32,000 nucleotides of DNA from Candidatus Saccharimonadota bacterium (GTDB lineage: Bacteria > Patescibacteriota > Patescibacteriia > 2-12-FULL-60-25), in contig CP060222.1 of NCBI GenBank assembly GCA_023898425.1, forward strand, positions 1,000,801-1,032,800, written 5' to 3'. Positions 1-7,316 of the stretch are shown here, piece by piece; position 1 is the first letter of the stretch; every line of letters begins with the position of its first letter. The position numbers and the translations under genes are program-made. Under the pieces are notes generated by a model. It made no database searches and was not told the DNA's origin. It was given only the letters and a program-made list of their open reading frames with translations.

Positions 1-55
1 GAAACGTTGTGCCTTTAGCTCAAGCGAGCTCAATGCCCTTCTTGATTCGGATGCG

Positions 56-1900
56 ATGATTGTGAACTTCGGTCATGGTGATCGATTTTCTGTCGTTGAT
101 TTGGTGACTTTCCCATTGGCTCTTATCGGTCAGGGATTGCTCCTTATCGTGATCGCCTTCTTAACGGGAGCGATTTACGGTACATCGGTGGCATTTATCT
201 GGTCGGTCATGGCCGTCGGCATCATCACGTACGTTTTTGGCGTGTCGTTGTTGAGGCTCACCGTTGGCACTATCGGCGTATTTGTCGTAGCGCCCAGCAA
301 GTGGGTTGAAACAGCGTCTGGTAGAATCGCGCGTGCGATTCTTGATCCGGTCCTGCCGGGGATCACGGCAGCCAATGTCGGGGATCTCTTGCCGGGTAGC
401 TTGGTGGATAAGCTCAAAATGCTTTTCACCAGGTTGGACGACGGGATGAAACTCATGGACCAGTTTGCTGCTCCGATCATTATGATCTTGGCAGCAACTC
501 TGAATCTGCCGGTCGCAGGATTGTGTATTGCTGGCCTGTTGATCTTTGGGATCTACCAAAATACCAAGCTACGTAAAGGCGGAACGTTTGCTGCAGAAGC
601 AAAGAAGAGCATCAACGAAGGAGAGCGTTTTGTCTACGCCCTCTCGGTATTCTTCTATGTGTTGCACATCATCGGGCTCTTTGTCTTTGGTTTGCATACG
701 CGACCAAGCGTAGGCATCCTTGGTGGGTCGCTCATGAACGTGTTGCAATTCGCGACAAGCGGATTGCTCATCAGCGCCGCTTCGGTTTTTGTCCTGATAA
801 AGGTCAAGAATTGGGGCTTTGCTGCGCACAAGGGGCTTGAGCTTACGCTTCCGCAAATCGCGGGGGTCATTGCTCTCGTTCTATTGTTCGCGGTATCTGG
901 CATTGGTGTCGCTAACGCGACCGGTATGGAGATCCGTCCTGTGGCTTCATATTTTGACAGGTATGAACATCCTCCAGGAGAGGCGCTTCATTGTCTCAAT
1001 GGGATCAAGGATCATGGAGAAAGCTCTACGGACCATGGTCCAGGCTGTGGGCCCGCTCGACAAGGGGGTGACGAAGCCTCTCGTCGGATTGCGGCAGATT
1101 TGCCGGTCGAGTTTGCTCCGGTTCCTGGCGGCACGATCTTTCAAAGAGCGTGGTGCTGGGCATTTAAGAGCTCAGATTCTTGTGTTGGAGCAGCGGTGGA
1201 GAGTCCTCGTCAACAGCGGGGATTTCATCCAGCGCCTTCATCCGCACCTGAGCAAGCACCCGCTCCAATACAACGGACTCCTTCGGGGCCAATGTACGCG
1301 TCGCTTGATGCGAATGTTGCTTCGGGTGGGCTTCCGCCGTCACCGTACAACGAGATCATCGTGAGAGCGAGTGAGCGCCATGGCGTTGACAAGCTCTTGA
1401 TCTGGACGGTAGCAAAGCATGAGTCCGGCTTTGATCCCAACATTGTTGGGGGGAGTGGAGAAGTCGGTCTCATGCAGCTTATGCCTGGTACGGCACGCGG
1501 GCTAGGTGTTCATGATCGTCATGATCCTGAACAAAACATCATGGGTGGTACGCTCTATCTCCGGAATAATCTGGATGCGTGCCATCAAGACGTTCGTTGT
1601 GCTTTGGCTCGCTATAATGGCGGACGTAATGGAATGCATTCACCACATGCTCAACGATACGCTCGTCGTGTCATGAGAAAGTATCAAGCACTCCGTACAG
1701 GTACGGCTCGTGATTATGAGCCGGCACCATCTCGACGTCATCGCGCTCCGCGAATCGAGTCTTCGGATTCGGTTCTCGTCGAGCGTGAGACCACGCGTGA
1801 TTCGTCGCGTGTGACGATGGCTCGTCTTGACGACAGCGTCTGTGATGAGTTCTCCCAGTTCTTTCTCGAGCGTATGCGATCGCAAGGTCGCTGTCGCTAA
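56..1900 (+). CDS. Polytopic membrane protein with C-terminal lytic transglycosylase (SLT/GH23-like) domain
   Basis: 614-aa ORF. The frame stays open back to base 2, so the true start may lie upstream of the window. The N-terminal ~290 aa is a series of hydrophobic helices, followed by a Pro/Ala/Ser-rich linker. The C-terminal part carries SLT-type motifs 'AKHESGFDPN', 'GEVGLMQLMPGTA' and 'YNGG'. A perfect hairpin terminator follows. Confidence 0.75.
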   Translation: MIVNFGHGDRFSVVDLVTFPLALIGQGLLLIVIAFLTGAIYGTSVAFIWSVMAVGIITYVFGVSLLRLTVGTIGVFVVAPSKWVETASGRIARAILDPVLPGITAANVGDLLPGSLVDKLKMLFTRLDDGMKLMDQFAAPIIMILAATLNLPVAGLCIAGLLIFGIYQNTKLRKGGTFAAEAKKSINEGERFVYALSVFFYVLHIIGLFVFGLHTRPSVGILGGSLMNVLQFATSGLLISAASVFVLIKVKNWGFAAHKGLELTLPQIAGVIALVLLFAVSGIGVANATGMEIRPVASYFDRYEHPPGEALHCLNGIKDHGESSTDHGPGCGPARQGGDEASRRIAADLPVEFAPVPGGTIFQRAWCWAFKSSDSCVGAAVESPRQQRGFHPAPSSAPEQAPAPIQRTPSGPMYASLDANVASGGLPPSPYNEIIVRASERHGVDKLLIWTVAKHESGFDPNIVGGSGEVGLMQLMPGTARGLGVHDRHDPEQNIMGGTLYLRNNLDACHQDVRCALARYNGGRNGMHSPHAQRYARRVMRKYQALRTGTARDYEPAPSRRHRAPRIESSDSVLVERETTRDSSRVTMARLDDSVCDEFSQFFLERMRSQGRCR

Positions 1901-1925
1901 CATCCCCTAAGGGATAACTGAAATG

Positions 1926-1953
1926 AGCCCCCGATAGCTATCGGGGGCTTTTT
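1926..1953 (+). terminator. Rho-independent terminator
   Basis: Perfect 12-bp palindrome agcccccgatag/ctatcgggggct followed by a T-run, 26 nt after the stop codon of the SLT gene. Confidence 0.8.
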
Positions 1954-1972
1954 CATTTGGTGTTTTTAGGTC

Positions 1973-2920
1973 ATGATGATCACGATTCGTATGCAAAAGA
2001 TTTTTTCTCTCTTTCAAAAAACGTGGATGCGCTGGCTTTTGTTTTTATCGGTTCTTTTGGCTTGGTTCATTGGTTTTCAGCCATGGGGCAGCTTTTCTGA
2101 TCCCGATGCGTTTTACCATTCAACCATGGCGGCGATCATGTTGAAGCAAGGATTGATTCAAGATTTTTATTGGTTGGATCTGACTTCTTTTGCACACCCA
2201 TTTTTTAATCAGCACTTTCTCTTTCATATAGCATTGGTTCCTTTTGTCGCAGTTTTTGGTGCATTGTTAGGTGGTCAAATTGCAGCCGTCTGTTTTGCGA
2301 TACTTTTTTGTCTCGTCTTTGCTTGGTGCTTAAAAAAACTACAATCACCAGCACCGCTCTTTTGGACCTTGGTCATGGCGACCATGCCTGCGATGACGGC
2401 GCGTCTCTCATATGGTAAGGCCTCACCTTTTGCTGTTGGGTTATTTATTTTGGGTGTTACGGCATTGATTTCTCGTTCGAGATGGCTTGGATTTTTTAGC
2501 ATGATGTTGTTTGTTTTATCGCATGCGGGTTGGCCATTGCTAATCTTGGCGCAAGGCGCACTTCTTGTGGGTCACGCTTTGTATTTATGTGCTGTTGATT
2601 CGGTGCCTTTTTGGCGAGTGTTTTGCGACAAAGAATGGCTTAGTGAGGTCGCGCTCTTTTTTACAACGCTATTAGGGGCGATTGTTGGTATTGCGTTACA
2701 TCCGTACCGGGCTGAGCTCTTTGTCTTTTTAAAGGTGCAGCTTTTTCAGATTGGTATCGCGACGCCTTATGATCGCGTGATTATGGGTAATGAATGGTAT
2801 GGTATTTCTCCGCTTACGGCTATTGCTTGGTATTATGTATTACTAGTGTGTTTCGGGTTTTTGCTTTTGGTCTTCTTGTTGCTAGAAGGGCTGCTAACCG
2901 TCAGGCGATGCGCTATGTGA
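1973..2920 (+). CDS. Polytopic membrane protein, N-terminal portion (possible GT-C-type glycosyltransferase); probably one gene with 2908..3540
   Basis: 315-aa ORF made almost entirely of hydrophobic helices, with a short loop 'SDPDAFYHS' after helix 1. It overlaps the next ORF in a different frame. Confidence 0.55.
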   Translation: MMITIRMQKIFSLFQKTWMRWLLFLSVLLAWFIGFQPWGSFSDPDAFYHSTMAAIMLKQGLIQDFYWLDLTSFAHPFFNQHFLFHIALVPFVAVFGALLGGQIAAVCFAILFCLVFAWCLKKLQSPAPLFWTLVMATMPAMTARLSYGKASPFAVGLFILGVTALISRSRWLGFFSMMLFVLSHAGWPLLILAQGALLVGHALYLCAVDSVPFWRVFCDKEWLSEVALFFTTLLGAIVGIALHPYRAELFVFLKVQLFQIGIATPYDRVIMGNEWYGISPLTAIAWYYVLLVCFGFLLLVFLLLEGLLTVRRCAM

Positions 2921-3540
2921 TTATGCTAGCGGTCCCTACGATATTTCTATTAGCACTTAATTTAAAGAGTGCACGTTTTGTAGAATACTCTGCACCTTTA
3001 CTTGTTTTATTGATGGCGCAACTCTTTCATCTTATCGATGTGAAAAAAACATGGCGTGAACTACAAAAGACCATGCGACCACGGTATGCCTATACTTTTG
3101 CTATCACGCTCGTAAGTATTTTCGGGTATCAATCCGTAGATCTTTTCTGGACATCTCACTCGCAAAACAAGTCTTTTCATTATTATGCTGGTGCAATGAG
3201 TGTTATTAAAAACGAGCTACAACCGGGTGATCGACTATTTCATTCGGATTGGTCACATATGCCAATACTGTGGGCAGAGAATCAAGACATTCGTTATGTC
3301 GCGGGTTTAGATCCAACATTTTTACTTACAAAAAATCCTGAACTTTCTGATCGGTATACTGAGCTTACCCTTGGTCGTGCGACGAGCACTGCTTATGAAG
3401 TCATCGCTATTGAGACGCAATCAAAAGCCGTCTTTGTTGATCGAGCACGCGGTACCGCTTTTGAATCCGCCCTTAAAGCCGACCAACGATTTGAGCTTTT
3501 GTATGAGGATGATCGTGCCGCCGTCTATCGTGTTCACTAA
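2908..3540 (+). CDS. Membrane protein, C-terminal portion with soluble C-terminal domain (continuation of 1973..2920)
   Basis: This frame is open from 2794. The first plausible ATG is at 2908, 13 nt before the upstream stop. It has two more TM helices and then a ~150-aa soluble domain. The frame-2 to frame-1 switch falls within a hydrophobic helix. Confidence 0.5.
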   Translation: MRYVIMLAVPTIFLLALNLKSARFVEYSAPLLVLLMAQLFHLIDVKKTWRELQKTMRPRYAYTFAITLVSIFGYQSVDLFWTSHSQNKSFHYYAGAMSVIKNELQPGDRLFHSDWSHMPILWAENQDIRYVAGLDPTFLLTKNPELSDRYTELTLGRATSTAYEVIAIETQSKAVFVDRARGTAFESALKADQRFELLYEDDRAAVYRVH

Positions 3541-3633
3541 TGAAAAAAAGTTATCCACTGCTCACGTTTGACGTTCTTCCGTAATCCCCGTAAGAAATAG
3601 ACATGAACCGAGTACCTTCCGTTCTATACAGCT

Positions 3634-3752
3634 AACCGTTCTCGCGAATTGTCATCTGACTCTCGCGAGAAACTTCTCAACGGTTTGTCGCGAGAGCCAG
3701 AGGATAATATCCTCGAAAAAATCTCCGGTCCCATGCTTGCCGGAGATTTTTT
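3634..3752 (+). ncRNA. Candidate structured RNA (unknown class) ending in a terminator
   Basis: AACCGTT (3634-3640) pairs with AACGGTT (3679-3685) and encloses CTCGCGA (3641-3647) / TCGCGAG (3663-3669). A third copy, TCGCGAGAG, lies at 3688-3696. A small hairpin aggat-aat-atcct sits at 3701-3713, followed by a strong terminator. No coding potential and no downstream + strand gene. Confidence 0.3.
3721..3752. terminator. Bidirectional rho-independent terminator
   Basis: atctccgg-tcccatgcttg-ccggagat stem-loop with an A-run on the 5' side and a T-run on the 3' side, so it is usable on either strand. It lies between convergent genes. Confidence 0.7.
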
Positions 3753-3910
3753 ATTTACTTTTTTGTTAGCTTGTCGCCCGTCACCCCGAGCAACCGGAGC
3801 ACTAGCGCAGGGCGTCGAGGGGTCACGTAGCCCCTGAGCGACCTCTCCACTCCCTCGTCAGACTCGGTCGGTCGAGGTGACGATAGGAAAGACACAGGGG
3901 AGGTTAAAGT

Positions 3911-4117
3911 TCAGTCTTTCAGTAATTCTTCAAGTGTTGGTTCGCCCCAGAGGTTAAATTCTCGAAGGCTATTATCGATAAGATCTTCAGCTTCGTCGAT
4001 GTCCATCATTTCGTCGATGATGAGCTTATTAATCATTTCAGCGCGGCATTCTGCCTTCGGTCTTACGTCGCCGTCTTCTTTAAAGCACATGGCTTTAAGC
4101 TGTTCTTTGGTCATCAT
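3911..4117 (-). CDS. Small acidic hypothetical protein (68 aa)
   Basis: ORF only. The sequence is strongly acidic and predicted helical ('DEMMDIDEAEDLIDNSLREF'). No recognisable family. Confidence 0.45.
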   Translation of the reverse strand: MMTKEQLKAMCFKEDGDVRPKAECRAEMINKLIIDEMMDIDEAEDLIDNSLREFNLWGEPTLEELLKD

Positions 4118-4183
4118 ATATCGGTAGGGTAGTCGCGAAGTACCAAGATAGGCAAGTCGGCTGGTTGGTGATAGGGTTTTGGT

Positions 4184-5359
4184 ATGAAGAATGCTCTTCG
4201 GTATCTCTTATTGGCATTACCTATTATATTGCCGACGTATCTCCTTCGATTTAAGATCGGTCCTTTGCCGACAACCGTTTTAGAAATTGTTGTTTTAGTG
4301 ATTATTGGGTTGTTTACCGTTACATACAAAGGCCAAGGATATAAAGATGCGTGGACAGCACTAAAAACATTTCGACTTCCGCTTATAGCTTTTACGTTTT
4401 TTTCATTGGCTGCGGTTTTTTGGTCGCCGGTACTGGTGCAGGGGTTAGGATTATGGCGGGCTTATGTTTTAGAGCCGATGCTCTTGCTAATGGTTTTTGT
4501 TGTAAGCATTGGTCGTGATGTACGCCGTGAAGAGATAGAACGATCTTTATACGTGAGCGTTTTGCTCCTTGCGATGTGGGGAGTTGTTGAATATCTTTTT
4601 GGGGTAGGTATCCCAAGTCCTTGGAATGTAGCGATAAGTGAAGGTCGTCGAGCGACGGGGCCATTTCCTTATCCAAATGCCTTAGCCTTAGCAGTGGTAC
4701 CAATTGGTGCGTATGGGTTATCACGTTTTATCTCATCACGTGATCGTTTAGGGTTTATCACTTTTGTGATGGCGCTTATCGCTTCGTTTGTTGCACGAAG
4801 TGATGGGGGATTCATTGCGCTCGCGGCTGTGCTTTGGTTGGCGCTCGTTTCAATCAAGCGCCTTCGTTGGCCTGTAATTGTTGTGACTATTATAGGATTG
4901 GCTGTTGGTTTTGGTGTCTCAGAGATTCGTGAACCTGTTCTAAAAGAACTACGTTTAGAAAACTGGTCTGGGTATGTACGTAAAAAAATGTGGCAGGACA
5001 CAACAGTTCTGCTCAAGGATCACCCGATAAAAGGCGCAGGTATGGCGGGATATCCTACGGTGTTTAAGCCGTATCAAACCACAACGGGTATTGAAGTCTT
5101 TCAGTATCCACACAATATCATCCTAAATTTTTGGGTAGAGACAGGTCTCGCTGGGCTCTTGGCTTTTTTCTGGATTGTTTTTGCTTGGCTCAAAAAGAAA
5201 GAGGCAATGCTATTGCCTCTTGTCGCGCTACTCATTCATGGTCTGGTAGATGTGCCGTATTTTAAGAATGACTTAGCGATTGTCTTTTTTCTTTTGCTAG
5301 CACTTTGTGCAATTACGCAAAGTGCTTCTTCGCGTACGTCTCAAGGGCAAGTAAAATAG
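4184..5359 (+). CDS. O-antigen ligase/polymerase-like (Wzy_C family) membrane protein
   Basis: 391 aa with ~10 TM helices. A large loop is followed by 'YPHNIILNFWVETGLAGLLAFFWIVF', the H-N...E-x-G pattern typical of O-antigen ligase-like proteins. Confidence 0.7.
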   Translation: MKNALRYLLLALPIILPTYLLRFKIGPLPTTVLEIVVLVIIGLFTVTYKGQGYKDAWTALKTFRLPLIAFTFFSLAAVFWSPVLVQGLGLWRAYVLEPMLLLMVFVVSIGRDVRREEIERSLYVSVLLLAMWGVVEYLFGVGIPSPWNVAISEGRRATGPFPYPNALALAVVPIGAYGLSRFISSRDRLGFITFVMALIASFVARSDGGFIALAAVLWLALVSIKRLRWPVIVVTIIGLAVGFGVSEIREPVLKELRLENWSGYVRKKMWQDTTVLLKDHPIKGAGMAGYPTVFKPYQTTTGIEVFQYPHNIILNFWVETGLAGLLAFFWIVFAWLKKKEAMLLPLVALLIHGLVDVPYFKNDLAIVFFLLLALCAITQSASSRTSQGQVK

Positions 5360-5633
5360 GAAGAATTTCTTCGCCTTTATCTGTAAGTTGATAGCAAACG
5401 GAATTCTTATCGATGGTTTCTGTTTGGCGTTCAATCAAATCTAGCTTTTCCATCTTTTTTAAACGAGAGGTAAGTGTGACAGGGTTTACATTATTTAATT
5501 TGCGTTGCAATGCACAAAAACGTTGGCCACCATCTGAGAGATTACGAATAATGAGGAGCGTCCAAGCGTCTCCTAAGAGCTTGAATCCTTCTTGAAAACA
5601 TTTTGGAGGTTGAAAAGGGTTTGCTTGACGCAT
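5313..5633 (-). CDS. HxlR-family winged-helix transcriptional regulator
   Basis: 106 aa. 'LLGDAWTLLIIRNLSDGGQRFCALQRKL..VNPVTLTSRLKKMEKLDLIERQ' matches the HxlR pattern. It is divergent from a nitroreductase, the usual partner type. Confidence 0.85.
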   Translation of the reverse strand: MRQANPFQPPKCFQEGFKLLGDAWTLLIIRNLSDGGQRFCALQRKLNNVNPVTLTSRLKKMEKLDLIERQTETIDKNSVCYQLTDKGEEILPILLALETYAKKHFA

Positions 5634-5663
5634 AAAGAAAAAGAAGTTACTATAGATTTTATA

Positions 5664-5682
5664 GCGATCAACCGTTGATAGC
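5664..5682. promoter_or_regulatory. Candidate operator palindrome in the HxlR/nitroreductase divergent region
   Basis: GCgATCAAC-c-GTTGATaGC is an imperfect 19-bp dyad with a perfect 6+6 core ATCAAC/GTTGAT. It is centred in the 81-bp intergenic region. Confidence 0.4.
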
Positions 5683-5714
5683 TTTTTACTCCGAAAAGTT
5701 TACCCTATTTCCGT

Positions 5715-6353
5715 ATGAAAGACCAGATTGTAAAGGCGATGAATTGGCGATATGCCGTTAAAGCGTATGACAAAGACAAAAAAGTAAGTAAAGAAGATCT
5801 CGAAACCATTTTAGAAGTAGGGCGCTTAGCTCCAAGTTCATTTGGGATTGAAGCTTGGAAGTTTCTTGTGATAGAGAATCCAGAACTACGTGAAAAGATT
5901 AAGGGCGCTGCTTATGGCCAAACGCAAGTCACAGATGCGAGTTATCTTATTGTTGTTACGCAACGTACGGATATTCGAGAGAACATTGCACGTGAGCTTG
6001 TTGAGCGTACGGCAAAAGCAACGGGTAAATCGCCTGAAGATCTCGCAGAGTTTAACAAGATGATTTCGGGATCTATCCAATCCCGTACGGATGATCAATT
6101 GCTCGCATGGGCACGATCACAGACGTATATCGCCTTAGGCGCGATGGTAGAAGCGGCAGCTTTACTTGGTGTAGATGCTTCTTCTATGGAAGGATTTAAT
6201 CCTGCAGAGGTTGATAAAATTCTTGGTTTAAAAGAAAAGAATCTCGCTTCAGTCACGCTTTTTGAAGTTGGTTATCGAAGTAACGAGGATGGTTATGCTA
6301 CACGCGCAAAAGTACGTAGACCGTTTTCAGAGGTGGTTGAATTTATCAAATAA
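5715..6353 (+). CDS. NAD(P)H nitroreductase family oxidoreductase
   Basis: 212 aa. The N-terminus 'MNWRYAVKAYDKDKKVSKEDLETILEVGRLAPSSFGIEAWKFLVI' is typical of the nitroreductase fold family. Confidence 0.85.
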   Translation: MKDQIVKAMNWRYAVKAYDKDKKVSKEDLETILEVGRLAPSSFGIEAWKFLVIENPELREKIKGAAYGQTQVTDASYLIVVTQRTDIRENIARELVERTAKATGKSPEDLAEFNKMISGSIQSRTDDQLLAWARSQTYIALGAMVEAAALLGVDASSMEGFNPAEVDKILGLKEKNLASVTLFEVGYRSNEDGYATRAKVRRPFSEVVEFIK

Positions 6354-6370
6354 GTTTTCGCTCGTATGAG

Positions 6371-6395
6371 AAAACCCGCACGAGAGTGCGGGTTT
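6371..6395. terminator. Bidirectional terminator between convergent genes
   Basis: aaaacccgcac-gaga-gtgcgggttt hairpin flanked by A and T residues. Confidence 0.7.
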
Positions 6396-6407
6396 AGCAT
6401 TATTGAG

Positions 6408-6902
6408 CTATTTACGAAGAGCGAAGGCATTCGTTAAGGCGGTACGCCAATCTGCCGTTAAGGCAAAGCCACGATCAAGCGCTTTTTCGATAGGAATCCA
6501 AAATGGTTTGCAATTGGTTTCGCGCTCATCTGTCGTGAGATTTATATCGCTCACCTCTCCGCTTTCATAGCGGCAGAGATAAAACAAACAAAGGCAGTGA
6601 TGAAATTTATCTTTGTAATACCAGAGACTCGTATCACAGTGACAAATAACGTCAGGAGAAACATGCGTATTCGTTTCTTCGAATACTTCGCGTTTGAGAG
6701 CATCAAGATGTTTCTCGCCGAGATCAATGGCGCCACCAGGCAAGGTTAGACCGTATGTGGTATCTAAGACGAGTATGTCGTTCTCACGCAATGTGATGGC
6801 GTAGATAGACGGTCGATGTTTGAGCTGATCGGGTGCACAGGCATGTTTTTCGCCATGCATATCCGTACAATAAACAAGGGGTTTTGTTTCATCATTACGC
6901 AT
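6408..6902 (-). CDS. NUDIX hydrolase
   Basis: Nudix box 'GGAIDLGEKHLDALKREVFEETNTHV' (GX5EX7REUXEEXGU). Confidence 0.85.
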   Translation of the reverse strand: MRNDETKPLVYCTDMHGEKHACAPDQLKHRPSIYAITLRENDILVLDTTYGLTLPGGAIDLGEKHLDALKREVFEETNTHVSPDVICHCDTSLWYYKDKFHHCLCLFYLCRYESGEVSDINLTTDERETNCKPFWIPIEKALDRGFALTADWRTALTNAFALRK

Positions 6903-6976
6903 GGCTCTACCTCCAAAAGTACTAACAGAAGTTCAACATGGATAGGGTGATAAGGTCAATATTTTTACGGCTTTCA

Positions 6977-7005
6977 TTGACCAAAGCGTCTTTGATCGCT
7001 ACTAT
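6977..7005 (+). promoter_or_regulatory. Sigma70-like promoter for tRNA-Ser
   Basis: TTGACC, 17-nt spacer, TACTAT, ending ~20 nt upstream of the tRNA 5' end. Confidence 0.5.
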
Positions 7006-7024
7006 CTGGCCACACTCAAACCAT

Positions 7025-7116
7025 GGAGAGGTGGCAGAGTGGTCGAATGCAACGGACTTGAAATCCGTCGTACGGCTTTAACCGTACCGAGGGTTCGAAT
7101 CCCTCCTTCTCCGCCA
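7025..7116 (+). tRNA. tRNA-Ser (anticodon UGA), CCA encoded
   Basis: Hand-folded. Acceptor stem GGAGAGG/CTTCTCC with one G-U pair. Anticodon arm ACGGA-CTTGAAA-TCCGT gives anticodon TGA. Long variable arm gtacgg-ctttaa-ccgtac. T-arm GAGGG-TTCGAAT-CCCTC, discriminator G, then CCA. Confidence 0.95.
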
Positions 7117-7249
7117 GCAAAAAAACACTCGATTAACGAGTGTTTTTTTGATTTAGCCACCTTTGGTTTTGACTAGTCACGAGTTATAAATAGTGAATTC
7201 GTGTATGATGAAAAAAGATACTTACTAAGGTATAGAGGAAAAACAAAAA
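7111..7249 (+). repeat. Direct repeat, left copy (attL-like)
   Basis: Starts at CCGCCA, the last 6 nt of the tRNA. It runs through the terminator hairpin and ~100 nt beyond, to 'gaggaaaaacaaaaa'. It matches 13393-13531 except for one A-run length difference, one substitution and one 1-nt indel. Confidence 0.9.
7119..7149 (+). terminator. tRNA terminator hairpin (part of the left direct repeat)
   Basis: A-run, cactcg-attaa-cgagtg, T7 run. An almost identical copy lies at 13401-13430. Confidence 0.75.
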
Positions 7250-7270
7250 TCCCGAATCCTTTCGGGATTT
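7241..7270 (-). terminator. Terminator for the recombinase gene (minus strand)
   Basis: atcccgaa-tcct-ttcgggat hairpin. Read on the minus strand it is followed by tttttgttttt. Confidence 0.6.
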
Positions 7271-7316
7271 TCTTGTTATTAACATTTTTCGGCTTGGTTG
7301 GCTTCTTTTATGAAGT

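Noticed and set aside
161-1903. Multiple 60-180-aa ORFs antisense to, or out of frame with, the SLT-domain gene (161..559, 175..480, 569..856, 655..903, 819..1364, 947..1144, 1225..1473, 1640..1903)
   Set aside because: All are fully nested in a long ORF with clear domain signatures. Their sequences are low-complexity and Arg/Ser/Pro-rich, as expected from off-frame reading of G+C-rich coding DNA.
3649-3837. 62-aa ORF in the 3541-3910 intergenic region
   Set aside because: It runs straight through the CTCGCGAG palindromes, the terminator hairpin and the GC-rich hairpin. RNA structure explains the region better than coding.
3850-3880. CUGACGAG on the minus strand, resembling a hammerhead ribozyme core
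   Set aside because: No correctly placed GAAA element, cleavage-site triplet or three-stem junction could be assembled around it.
4114-4329. 71-aa basic ORF whose stop overlaps the start of the 68-aa acidic ORF (ATGA-style), resembling a toxin-antitoxin pair
   Set aside because: 146 nt of it lies antisense to the N-terminal TM helix of the O-antigen-ligase-like gene, which reads as genuine. The peptide looks like antisense noise and has no RBS.
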